Assembly (NCBI GenBank): GCA_964588305.1
Contig: CAZPOP010000017.1
Coordinates: 230 to 64,229, forward strand
Source: an uncultured Ignavibacteria bacterium
GTDB lineage: Bacteria; Zixibacteria; MSB-5A5; SM1-73
DNA length: 64,000 bases
Direction: 5' to 3'
Positions 9,310 to 18,318 of this stretch are shown piece after piece (the first letter of the stretch is position 1; the number at the start of each line of letters is the position of its first letter). A program made the position numbers and the translations under genes. The notes under the pieces were generated by a model that saw only the letters and a list, made by a program, of their open reading frames with translations, ran no database searches and had not been told where the DNA came from.

Positions 9310-9621
9310 CACACGAAAGGCACGAAAGCCACGAAACACACGCGGTCGTCGTGGCTATTCCTTTGTGCTGTTTCAACTTAAGAAAGAGAATAGATGACTG
9401 AAGGAATTTTTCAAAAAACACGAGAAACGCAAGAAACACAAGAAACACAACCTCTCAACCCCGCGTTGGTCGGGGGTCACCTTCCCGGTGAATCCCTTCA
9501 GCATGAACCCTGCCCTATGAGTGATAAGTTCTTGTAGCCCATAGGGGCGGGAATTCATCCCGTCCCCAAGCGGAACTTTTTTAACACCCCCTTACGCTCC
9601 GCTCCTACGTTGTGCTGCTTC

Positions 9622-11184
9622 CTAACACGACGGCGGTGATCCTCCGATAAACAGGTAGTTGATAAGATGGACGGCGTCGGCAACGTCGACCACCTCGTCG
9701 CAGTTGGCATCAGCATTCTCCAAAGGATCGGGCGCAGAACCACCTATGAAAAGATAATTGATTAGCTGGATGATATCCGCTATGTCCACGGTCCCGTCCC
9801 CGTTGACATCCCCATGCGAAAATTGAGAATACTTTATGGTGGTATAGTCCAGGTTGTTGGGATAGGTGCTGCTTTGGAAACTTGAACCTGCCACATAAAC
9901 ATTGCCGGAAGCGTCCAAGGCTATAGCATAGGCGTAATCCTCGTAGTTTCCCTCTCCGTTGTATGTCCTTGCCCACATCTGGTTCCCCTCTGAATCATAG
10001 CTCACGGTGGCATAATCAGAAGGTGTTCCCGCAGTGCCGCTGAGGCCGGTGACGTAGACATTGCCAGAGCCGTCTACGGCCAGATCATAAGCCCAATCTA
10101 TACTACCTCCCGGTCCGTCAAATCGTCTTACCCAGGCAGTATCTCCGTTGGGATAATACTTTATCGTTGTATAGTCCTCGTAGGTCTCAGTACCCGCGTA
10201 AGCCTCGCCGGTGACATATACATTACCGGAATCATCCACGGCCAGGGCATATGCATAGTCCACGTCGTTAGCAGGTCCATCGTACCTTCTTACCCAGGCA
10301 GTGTCTCCGTTAGGATAGTATTTTATGGTGGCATAGTCTGGCTGTGCCCCAATGCCGTAGCTTTCTCCGGTTACGCATACGTTGCCCGAATTATCCACGG
10401 CTATGGCGACAGCAAGATCCCTGGAGTCATTCGGTCCATTATATCTTCGGGCCCACAACTCATTCCCCGATGCGTCGTACTTCAGCGTGGCATAGTCGCT
10501 GCCGGACTGATCGCTCCAGCTGTCTCCGGTCACATATACATTTCCGGACTCATCCACAGCTATGGCCTTGGCGCAATCGCCGTATTGGGTCCCCGGGCCG
10601 TCGTACTTTCTGACCCAGGCAGTGTCTCCCTCAGGATAGTACTTTATCGTGGTATAGTGGGCGTCGGCCTCTCCGGTAACATATACATTTCCGGAACCAT
10701 CCACGGCGATGTCCCAGGCGTGATCGCTACCGGTTTCTGCTCCATTGTATCTCCTCACCCAGGCGGTATCTCCGTTGGGATAATACTTTATGGTGGCATA
10801 GTCGTTGCCAGTCGCGATGCCACCGCTATATCCAGTTACATACACGTTGCCAGCATCGTCTACGGCGATAGCACGAATCCCGTCGTTGTCGCCTCCGGGC
10901 CCGTTGTACCTTCTCGCCCATGCGGTGTCTCCATTTGGATAATATTTCACGGTAGCGTAGTCGTCGCCTGTACCGCTGCCGTCACTCCTGCCGCCCACGT
11001 AGACATTGCCCGACGCGTCTACTGCTATGGCAAGAGCCTGATCATTGCCGGTTCCCTGGGCGTTGTAACCACTTACCCAGGCAGTCTCCACGAAAACACC
11101 AGCAGAAGAAGGCAAGGCCCACAAGACATAGTTTGACAGGCCGACCATACCCAGGAACAGAATCATTAGAACCTTCTTATGCAT
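9622..11184 (-). CDS. Secreted SBBP beta-propeller-repeat protein with C-terminal type-I dockerin
   Basis: About 10 tandem repeats of the 'YATIKYYPNGDTAWVRRYNGP...AIAVDxSGNVYVTG' unit (SBBP/PF06739-like). Signal peptide 'MHKKVLMILFLGMVGLSNYVLWALPSSAG' begins at the ATG at 11184, which is preceded by a GGAGGTG RBS. Dockerin repeats 'GDVNGDGTVDIADIIQLINYLF' and 'DANCDEVVDVADAVHLINYLF' at the C-terminus. Confidence 0.8.
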   Translation of the reverse strand: MHKKVLMILFLGMVGLSNYVLWALPSSAGVFVETAWVSGYNAQGTGNDQALAIAVDASGNVYVGGRSDGSGTGDDYATVKYYPNGDTAWARRYNGPGGDNDGIRAIAVDDAGNVYVTGYSGGIATGNDYATIKYYPNGDTAWVRRYNGAETGSDHAWDIAVDGSGNVYVTGEADAHYTTIKYYPEGDTAWVRKYDGPGTQYGDCAKAIAVDESGNVYVTGDSWSDQSGSDYATLKYDASGNELWARRYNGPNDSRDLAVAIAVDNSGNVCVTGESYGIGAQPDYATIKYYPNGDTAWVRRYDGPANDVDYAYALAVDDSGNVYVTGEAYAGTETYEDYTTIKYYPNGDTAWVRRFDGPGGSIDWAYDLAVDGSGNVYVTGLSGTAGTPSDYATVSYDSEGNQMWARTYNGEGNYEDYAYAIALDASGNVYVAGSSFQSSTYPNNLDYTTIKYSQFSHGDVNGDGTVDIADIIQLINYLFIGGSAPDPLENADANCDEVVDVADAVHLINYLFIGGSPPSC

Positions 11185-11583
11185 CCTGCACCTCCAATGA
11201 GAGCAAGTTAGAAGTGAAAAGCTTAAAGCTGATATTTTTCTCGAATGTAAGAAAAAAATAACACCCACATCCACAAAAGTCAACCAAAATCGTGCGAAAA
11301 GAGGAAAAGATTTGATGAGTATTCGGGCATCACTTGGGAGTGAGCAGTTGTAAGTGTCCAGTCGAATCTAACTGTAATCTCACCAGGTCGAGGGTCGCAG
11401 AGACCTACACTTGCCCAGGAGGGTAGGGTGAAAGGATCGCGCGCTTACTGTTATCGCAAACGAACTGAGGCAATCTCTTCATTCCCAATAGATTGCCTCG
11501 TCGCTTGCGCTTTTCGCAATCACGGAAGACATCATATGAATGAAGCGGTATTCTCCTCTTTTTTTGCGGGGAGTCTCAATGAC

Positions 11584-13482
11584 CTATTGCTTTGATTTTT
11601 CCACGAACCTGATAACTCCGTCGCAGATGGCCTGGGCACATTTTCTCTGGAATTTCTCGGTGCGGAGAAGTTGCTCTTGTTCGGGAATCATCATGAAGGC
11701 GCACTCAACCAATACCGCTAAGAGCTGGCTGGGTCGGGTCAAGACCAGGTTTCCATAATAGACTCCGTAATCTGGCAGCTGCAGTTTCCTCAGCAACTCT
11801 CTCTGAATCTCTTTGGCCAGGGCCAGGGATTGAGGGTGGTAATAATATGTGCTGGTTCCGTTATTGTAAAAAGGATTTATCCCATCGGGAAGGGCATTGT
11901 TATGGACGCTGATCAGGATGTCGCAGCCTTCTTCGATGGCAATTTTGGGGCGATCGTAAAGAGCCAAGCTGTCCATCCAGCTGCGCGTCATGATGACTTC
12001 TGCGCCATTCTTCTCCAGGATACTCTTCAGCTCTTTGGCTATCTCCAAATTGACAACCTTTTCCTCCAGGCCGGTAGGCCCAACAGCACCAGGATCAGGA
12101 CAATGCCCTGGATCCACGGCGATTTTCAGACCTTCAAGTTTTTTCTTCAGCCTGGGCTGATCCTTTATCTCCAGTATCAAGGCGCTCCCCTCATAGAAAA
12201 CATCATACCCCCAGTGTTGTTCCAAGTTCAGATAGACCTTGAGCTGGTACACCTCATCCTTAGGCTGAGCCCACTGTATCTCTTTGATCACCTGGTCTGC
12301 AAGATCGTACCTAATCCAATCCGTGTTGGAGGTAACTCCATAAATGGTCAAGAACAAGGCGGGCGGCTTTGTTTTCTGCTCAACTCTGAAAGGCAGTTTT
12401 TCCTGGAGGAAAATCCGGAGCTGTGTTTTTCTGTCTTCTGTTTGTGTTCGCATGGAAGTCAGAAAACTTTTGGGAATGGATGTGCCCAAAGGCAGATATT
12501 TTATGCTATCTTCGCGAACCCATGCATTCTCTCCTTCAGCCAACTTCAACCGCACCCACTCCCCGATCCTTCCGGTTGCAACCGCTCTTATGCCGGGCGG
12601 TTGGTACAAGAGAAGATAGCCTAGTTTGGGACCGGATCGGGCAATGAGGGAGGAACCTGTAAACTCCACTATTTGTGGAGTCTGATCTTGTCTTATGGTG
12701 ATTCTGCTTTGAGACGTATCGGTGATGACGTTCGTGCTGTCGTCATTCTTCCTGGACAATTGGAATACAATTCTGACACTATCGATTTGGTCTGTATTTT
12801 TTATGATATAAGAACCGGTGTACACTCCTTTGAGGAAAAGCTTTTCCGGCACCAGGCCCTTTCCAAATACCTCTTTTCCCCAGTAGGGCTGTCTTTTGGG
12901 AGGTGCTTCGGTCATGGGAATATCCGAAATCAAACCCTCTATGGAAAAAGAAGCCTGGCAGTCAGGAGTCCCTCTGAATTTTATCTCCAATACGTCACCT
13001 GCGGTTAAGATCATGTCTTTGTTGGGAGATACGCTTCCCTTGACGATACAGAAACTGTCTTCGGGCACGGAGAGAATGGGCTCAGGCACTTTCACTTTCA
13101 GTCGTTTAGTGGAGATGCCTGCCTTATTCGAAGCGATCAATTCAAAAACGAAGTTCCTCCCGCCTTCGGCGGGACTTTCAGCGGGCTCGAGTGGGAGGAA
13201 GGCTAAGAAAGCCCCGTTCGGATGGACTTTCACCTTGAATCCGTTTATTCTCAATTCCGATTCGGGAGCCACGGACCCAAAAATGAAGGTAGAATCGGAG
13301 ACGCCAATTCTGGCGCCCTCTTTGGGATAGATTACCGATATTTCGGGGAGCGAATCCTCTTCGGTGGCAGCGTCAATTCTTGTGTCTTCGCCCGACACAA
13401 GCGATAGAAAAACAATTATGGGAATAAAAAAAACAAAAGCTAGCTTTTTGCTAATCATCTTTTTCCTCTTGGTAGCCTGCAT
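11584..13482 (-). CDS. N-acetylmuramoyl-L-alanine amidase (Amidase_3 family) with long N-terminal extension
   Basis: C-terminal domain 'KIAVDPGHCPDPGAVGPTGLEEKVVNLEIAKEL...ILISVHNNA' matches the Amidase_3 (AmiC-like) zinc-ligand pattern. N-terminal signal/TM segment 'MISKKLAFVFFIPIIVFLSLVSG'. Confidence 0.8.
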   Translation of the reverse strand: MQATKRKKMISKKLAFVFFIPIIVFLSLVSGEDTRIDAATEEDSLPEISVIYPKEGARIGVSDSTFIFGSVAPESELRINGFKVKVHPNGAFLAFLPLEPAESPAEGGRNFVFELIASNKAGISTKRLKVKVPEPILSVPEDSFCIVKGSVSPNKDMILTAGDVLEIKFRGTPDCQASFSIEGLISDIPMTEAPPKRQPYWGKEVFGKGLVPEKLFLKGVYTGSYIIKNTDQIDSVRIVFQLSRKNDDSTNVITDTSQSRITIRQDQTPQIVEFTGSSLIARSGPKLGYLLLYQPPGIRAVATGRIGEWVRLKLAEGENAWVREDSIKYLPLGTSIPKSFLTSMRTQTEDRKTQLRIFLQEKLPFRVEQKTKPPALFLTIYGVTSNTDWIRYDLADQVIKEIQWAQPKDEVYQLKVYLNLEQHWGYDVFYEGSALILEIKDQPRLKKKLEGLKIAVDPGHCPDPGAVGPTGLEEKVVNLEIAKELKSILEKNGAEVIMTRSWMDSLALYDRPKIAIEEGCDILISVHNNALPDGINPFYNNGTSTYYYHPQSLALAKEIQRELLRKLQLPDYGVYYGNLVLTRPSQLLAVLVECAFMMIPEQEQLLRTEKFQRKCAQAICDGVIRFVEKSKQ

Positions 13483-13534
13483 GAAGTATGCTACGTGAGA
13501 TCTCCGAAAAAGTCAGATCAGGATGAGAGAATTT

Positions 13535-13617
13535 GGAGTGTCAAGCTTCAGCTTGACCTTGAAATCCTCAAGAAGCTTGGAACTCCTGTTTGGTTCACCT
13601 GAAGGTGAACACTCCAG
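13535..13617 (-). repeat. Structured palindromic repeat family, copy B (reverse orientation), in the 139-bp gap between epimerase and amidase genes
   Basis: Reverse complement reads CTGGAGTGTTCACCTTCAGGTGAACC...GGTCAAGCTGAAGCTTGACACTCC. Confidence 0.7.
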
Positions 13618-13621
13618 TCTA

Positions 13622-14626
13622 TCAACTCTCCTTGGGCATAACACCCAATCCTGGTGAATCAGAAAGATAAAGTCTTCCTTTCTCCAGTCTTACCCCGACG
13701 TAAGGATCATTGGTCAACAGAAGATTTCCATCCAAATCCAGAAAGTCCACTAAAGAACCAATATGGGCGGCAGCGGTGATGCCCACTGAGCTTTCGATCA
13801 TGCATCCGATCATAACCAACAGATCGTGCGCCCTTGCCACGTGGATCATCCTTAAGGCTTCCCGGATTCCTCCACATTTCGCCAGCTTGATGTTTATCCC
13901 ATCACACAACCCCACAAACTGCAAAACATCTTTTGAGGTCATAAGATGCTCATCTATTATAATCGGAACGTCCACATTCTTTTTGATCTTTTTCAATCCC
14001 TCTTTGTCCTGTGGGTCTATCGGCTGTTCCACGAACTCGATGTCGTATTCCTTCAGCTGACTGATCTTCTCGATAGCTTCGTCGCCCGTCCACCCTGCAT
14101 TTGCATCCACTCTGATCTTAGCATCGGTTGTCTCCCTTACCGCTTTAACCATTTCGATATCGTTTTCCACACCCACCTTGACTTTGTAGATCAAAAAACC
14201 CTTTGCTTCTTTGGTCTTCTCCTTCATTTTCTCCGGCGTGTCGATTCCTATGGTATAAGAAGTAACTAATGGCACTTTTCCATTGAGTCCAAGAAGTTTG
14301 TAAAGCGGAACTCCCAGCCTCTTCCCCATTAAATCATGAAGAGCCATGTCGATGCTTGCTTTAGCAGAGAAATTCCCGGTGATTTTTTCATTCAGTTTTG
14401 AAAGAATGAGTTCTATCTGGAATGGATCGTCTCCAAGCTGGTCTTTCACCTTTTCCAGAGACTCGATCACAGTGTCCGCATTTTCGTTATAATATTCTGA
14501 TGGAGCCGCTTCGCCAATTCCTTCATCAATGTTCACAATAACATTCCTCTTAACTTGAGCTACCGAACGGGAGATTCGGAAGGGATGCTTGAGTTCAAGA
14601 TCGATGGTGTGATAAGTTAGGTGCAT
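13622..14626 (-). CDS. Enolase-superfamily dipeptide (L-Ala-D/L-Glu) epimerase-like enzyme
   Basis: MLE-subgroup signatures: KxK 'LIYKVKVG', metal ligands 'RVDANAGW', 'FVEQP', 'IIIDEH', and second Lys 'NIKLAKCGG'. Adjacent to a murein amidase, consistent with peptidoglycan peptide recycling. Confidence 0.6.
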   Translation of the reverse strand: MHLTYHTIDLELKHPFRISRSVAQVKRNVIVNIDEGIGEAAPSEYYNENADTVIESLEKVKDQLGDDPFQIELILSKLNEKITGNFSAKASIDMALHDLMGKRLGVPLYKLLGLNGKVPLVTSYTIGIDTPEKMKEKTKEAKGFLIYKVKVGVENDIEMVKAVRETTDAKIRVDANAGWTGDEAIEKISQLKEYDIEFVEQPIDPQDKEGLKKIKKNVDVPIIIDEHLMTSKDVLQFVGLCDGINIKLAKCGGIREALRMIHVARAHDLLVMIGCMIESSVGITAAAHIGSLVDFLDLDGNLLLTNDPYVGVRLEKGRLYLSDSPGLGVMPKES

Positions 14627-14646
14627 AAGACTTTTCAGTTATACTT

Positions 14647-15240
14647 CCCCCCTCTCCCTAACCCTTCGACTCCGCTCAGGGCAAGCCCTCTCCCCCAACG
14701 GGAGAGGGAACTTCTGTTATTTCCCCTCCCTTGATGGGAGGGGATTAAGGGGAGGGTGACATAAGCTGTTTTCCGTTCCTTAATCACCCTCTCCCTAACC
14801 CTCCCCCATCAAGGGGGAGGGAATTATAAACAATTCTCCCTAATCACTGTCAAAACACCGTCTGTATTGTTTATCACCTCATTGTTCCAAAATCTTAGAA
14901 TCCTGAAGCCTTGTTCCTTAAACCACTTATCTCTTTTAGTATCCTTATCTTTCTCTATCTGATGCTGACTGCCATCTACCTCGATTATCATGCGCTTTTC
15001 AAAACAGACAAAATCCACAACATAATTTCCGATTGGCTCTTGCCTTCTGAATTTATATCCTTCTACCTGTTTTGCTCGTAAATGTCTCCATAATAATCTT
15101 TCTGCAACAGTAGACGATTTTCTAAGGTTCTTGGCTATTTGAGTAATGCCATCACTCAATTCTTTATCACCCTCTCCCTACCCTTCGACTTCTCTCAGGG
15201 CAAGCCCTCCCCCATCAAGTGGGAGGGTTTGTTTGATCTC
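14647..15240 (-). mobile_element. Repeat-flanked DUF559 insertion: GC-rich about 60-bp direct repeats (consensus ATCACCCTCTCCCTAACCCTTCGACTYCKCTCAGGGCAAGCCCTCCCCCATCAAGGGGGAGGG) bracketing the DUF559 gene
   Basis: Full copies at 14647..14712 and 15161..15240. Deletion variant at 14784..14822 and inverted fragment at 14729..14760. Each has CCCTCTCCC/GGGAGAGGG-type hairpins. The repeats abut both ends of the DUF559 ORF, and the right copy overlaps the 3' end of alr. Confidence 0.5.
14824..15159 (-). CDS. DUF559 (Vsr-like restriction-endonuclease fold) domain protein
   Basis: 'LWRHLRAKQVEGYKFRRQEPIGNYVVDFVCFEKRMIIEVDGSQH...RDKWFKEQGFRILRFWNNEV' is the canonical DUF559 pattern. ORF is bracketed by GC-rich direct repeats. 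Confidence 0.75.
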   Translation of the reverse strand: MSDGITQIAKNLRKSSTVAERLLWRHLRAKQVEGYKFRRQEPIGNYVVDFVCFEKRMIIEVDGSQHQIEKDKDTKRDKWFKEQGFRILRFWNNEVINNTDGVLTVIRENCL

Positions 15241-16388
15241 TGTTTATAGACTACCGGCAGTCTCTTTCCCATTCTGGTCATGATCTCATAGGCAAAGGTG
15301 CCCGTCCATTTGCCAAGATCGTGAGCGGTGATTTCATCATCTCCCTGTCTGCCCATCACCACCACCTCATCCCCCACCTTCGTCTCAGGAATGTCAGACA
15401 CGTCTACCATAAAGGCATCCATGCAGACTCTCCCCACCACCTTTGCCCTTTTCCCTCTGATCAAAACCTCGCCTTTATTGGAAAGTAGCCGACTGTAGCC
15501 GTCCGCATATCCTAATGGTATGGTAGCGATTTTGGTCTTCTTCTCAGCTATATAAGTTTGCCCATAGCTGATGGGAGTCCCTTTCTCAACCTCCTTGATG
15601 AAGATCACCTTGCTTTTAAGGCTCATGGCAGGTTTGACCTCTATCGATTCCGAAGTCTCAAGCGATGGATAAAGACCATACAGAAGATGTCCCACCCTGA
15701 CATGATTAAAGTAGCTTGCAGGAATATCCAACACCGCGCCGCTATTGGCGATGGATTTGATGGGGATGTGATTGGAAAAGGACTCCAATTCGTCCAGAGT
15801 TTTTTTGAAGATCGAGAGTTGGTGAAAGGCGAAGTCCTTTTTTCTTTGATCGGCGGTGGAGAACTGGGAAAGTATACCTTTCAGCCGGACATTTCCCAAC
15901 TTCTGTATCTCTTTCACCACCCCTATGGTCTGCTGCGGAGGTACGCCATAGCGTCCCAATCCTGTGTCTATTTCGATGAAAACGCCGGAAGACTTGTTTT
16001 GTCTTTTTGCCTCCCGGGAAAGGTGGTTTACGAATTCCAGATCGGTTATCACCTGGCCTATGTCATACTCCACGATCTTTGCTGCCCTTTCAGGCGGCTC
16101 CGGGAACAGGTTCACTATGGGAGCATTTATCCCTTTTTGTCTCAGTCGGATTGCCTCCTCCAGAATCGCCACTCCCAGGGAGCCAGCTCCGTTCTCCACA
16201 GCCAGCTTTGCCACTTCGTAGGCTCCATGACCATAGCCATCCGCCTTCACTATGGCCATTAGCTCGATGTCTTTTCCCAATTTCTTTTTGATGTTGGTGA
16301 TATTGTGGGCTAAGGCATCTAAGTCGACCTCTAAATAAGCGGGGCGTAGAAGCTTGTTATTCTCACTCGTCATAGTCTTATGTCCCAT
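15195..16388 (-). CDS. alr: Alanine racemase
   Basis: PLP-lysine motif 'MAIVKADGYGHGAYEVA' and overall Alr architecture. The last ~10 codons read into the GC-rich repeat at 15161..15240. Confidence 0.9.
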   Translation of the reverse strand: MGHKTMTSENNKLLRPAYLEVDLDALAHNITNIKKKLGKDIELMAIVKADGYGHGAYEVAKLAVENGAGSLGVAILEEAIRLRQKGINAPIVNLFPEPPERAAKIVEYDIGQVITDLEFVNHLSREAKRQNKSSGVFIEIDTGLGRYGVPPQQTIGVVKEIQKLGNVRLKGILSQFSTADQRKKDFAFHQLSIFKKTLDELESFSNHIPIKSIANSGAVLDIPASYFNHVRVGHLLYGLYPSLETSESIEVKPAMSLKSKVIFIKEVEKGTPISYGQTYIAEKKTKIATIPLGYADGYSRLLSNKGEVLIRGKRAKVVGRVCMDAFMVDVSDIPETKVGDEVVVMGRQGDDEITAHDLGKWTGTFAYEIMTRMGKRLPVVYKQRSNKPSHLMGEGLP

Positions 16389-16675
16389 TTTCCTTTTCGA
16401 TAATTTATGTTCTTGGAAAAGAATAAAATTCAGGACTGCACTTATATATTTAAATTTGACTCACCTGTCAAGAGGAAATCTCTTCTGTTGTTTCGGGGAT
16501 ACCCTTCGGGCGGAGCCTCCGGGCAAGCCTTACCCCGAAACATGAAGAGGTCACGGGTGAGGGCACCCGTGATCAACGGGTATTTATCATCGTCCGATAC
16601 AAATCCCTTTAGGATAAACTCGGACGGTACGATCTTTCCCTCGCAGGCCGAAGGGCGTGCTGAAAAAGCCATATT

Positions 16676-16765
16676 GTCATTCTGACGGAGTCCATATGGA
16701 CGACCGAAGAATCTCTTCGACCTATACGGAGATTCTTCCCCCGCCAAAGGCGGGGTCAGAATGAC
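16676..16765. repeat. Nested inverted-repeat element (GTCATTCTGAC ... GTCAGAATGAC, 11-bp perfect outer IR with three internal hairpins)
   Basis: Internal GTCCATATGGAC palindrome, GAAGAATCTC/GAGATTCTTC stem, CCCCGCC-aaa-GGCGGGG stem. Lies between alr and rarA. Confidence 0.6.
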
Positions 16766-16826
16766 ACGCCGTTAGTTCAAGTTTTTCAACAGTCCCTGAA
16801 GCCTGCGGCTGCCAAAACCTAAGTCC

Positions 16827-18182
16827 CTAATCTTCTTGTCCCTTATCTCTTGCCCCTGGCCCCCTTTTTTTCTTCCACCAGTCCAATCTTTTCTTGATTT
16901 CTTTTTCAAAGCCGAAATCGGTAGGCCGATAGTATTTTCGATTTTTCAGATTTTCAGGAAGATAGGTTTCATCCACGAAATGATCTGGAGAGTCATGCGG
17001 GTATTTGTAGTCCTTACCGTAACCTAAATTCTTCATCAATTTGGTAGGGGCGTTGCGGATATGCAGGGGCACGGGCAAAGTCTGGGTTTTCTGAATATCC
17101 TCCCGAACTAGATTGAATGCCTTGTAGGCTGCATCGCTTTTGGGCGCAGTGGCCAGATAAATCGCCGCCTGGGCCAGAGCCAACTCACCCTCAGGCGATC
17201 CCAGAAAGTGATAAGCTTCTTTGGCGGCAATTGCCACCTGAAGTGCCTGGGGATCGGCATTTCCTATATCCTCGGAAGCCATTCTTACCATCCTTCTGGC
17301 GACGTACAGTGGGTCCTCACCTCCTGCCAGCATCCTTCCCAACCAGTATAATGCTGCATCCGGATCCGATCCCCTCACGCTTTTGTGCAAAGCTGAGATT
17401 ATGTTATAATGCTCCTCTCCTCCCTTATCGTAGACCAAGGCTTTCTTCTGCATGGTGTCTTCGGCAATCTTCAAATCTATTTTTCTTATCCCCTTCTTGT
17501 CGGGAGGTATGGTCATGACCGCGAATTCCAAGGTGGACAAAGCTATGCGGGCATCCCCGTTTGCCATTTGTGCAATGTAGTCCAGCGCTTCCTCTTCCAA
17601 TTCCACATTCAGATTTCCCAAACCTCTATCTTTATCGTTTAGTGCCTTGTTCAGTATGATCTTCAATTCCTCTTCCTTCAATGGATTCAGTGTGTAGACC
17701 CGGGTTCTGGAAAGCAGAGCGGAGATCACCTCAAATGAGGGGTTTTCGGTTGTGGCGCCGATCAGGACGATGTTTCCCTTTTCCACATGGGGCAGAAAAG
17801 CATCCTGCTGGGCCTTATTGAAACGATGTACCTCATCCACAAACAGGATGGTCTTCCGATTGTATAATTCTTTCATCCTGGCGCCTTCAGCCATAACCTC
17901 CTTTATCTCCTTTATGCCGGAAAGGACTGCGGAGAAGGAGATGAAATGCGCACCCGTGACTTTGGCGATGATGTGGGCCAGGGTGGTTTTCCCGGTTCCG
18001 GGCGGTCCCCAGAAGATAACGGACTGAATCTTGTCCTCCTCTATGGCTTTTCTCAGAACCGAACCCTTTCCTAAGATGTGCCTCTGCCCCAGGAACTCAT
18101 CCAGAGTCTGGGGCCTCATCCTGTCTGCCAGAGGAGTTCTTTTGACGCTCTTATCCTTTTTCTCTCTTTTGAATAGATCCAT
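16827..18182 (-). CDS. rarA: Replication-associated recombination protein A (AAA+ ATPase, MgsA/WRNIP1 family)
   Basis: Walker A 'GPPGTGKTTLA', Walker B 'ILFVDEVHRFNKAQQD', and MgsA C-terminal domain. Confidence 0.9.
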   Translation of the reverse strand: MDLFKREKKDKSVKRTPLADRMRPQTLDEFLGQRHILGKGSVLRKAIEEDKIQSVIFWGPPGTGKTTLAHIIAKVTGAHFISFSAVLSGIKEIKEVMAEGARMKELYNRKTILFVDEVHRFNKAQQDAFLPHVEKGNIVLIGATTENPSFEVISALLSRTRVYTLNPLKEEELKIILNKALNDKDRGLGNLNVELEEEALDYIAQMANGDARIALSTLEFAVMTIPPDKKGIRKIDLKIAEDTMQKKALVYDKGGEEHYNIISALHKSVRGSDPDAALYWLGRMLAGGEDPLYVARRMVRMASEDIGNADPQALQVAIAAKEAYHFLGSPEGELALAQAAIYLATAPKSDAAYKAFNLVREDIQKTQTLPVPLHIRNAPTKLMKNLGYGKDYKYPHDSPDHFVDETYLPENLKNRKYYRPTDFGFEKEIKKRLDWWKKKRGPGARDKGQED

Positions 18183-18318
18183 AGATCGGTTTTTCTCCGC
18201 ATAACAAAGCCTTTATGGCTGTGGGCGGAGCCGTGAAGGCTCCGCTACGCGACGTTTTGTTTTTCAATTAGGTCCATGAGGATCGAAATCCTGTAGGGGT
18301 GAATCTGAAGATCCGCTC

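Noticed and set aside
9313-9470. Short iterated CACGAAAG / CAAGAAACAC motifs that could suggest a CRISPR or satellite array
   Set aside because: Units are 8 or 9 bp, irregular, with no spacer-like unique segments and no cas genes. This is simple low-complexity sequence.
14647-14822. Repeat-encoded peptides ('PLSLTLRLRSGQALSPNGRG'-type) as genes
   Set aside because: They arise from reading through GC-rich hairpin repeats in several frames. They are classic junk ORFs, not genes.
16389-16826. Possibility that the structured alr-rarA spacer is RNase P RNA, tmRNA or SRP RNA
   Set aside because: Conserved signatures were looked for on both strands and not found. These were GGAAAGTCCGGGCTCC-like P4 sequences, the tmRNA 3' tRNA-like end and tag ORF, and the SRP GGAA tetraloop context.
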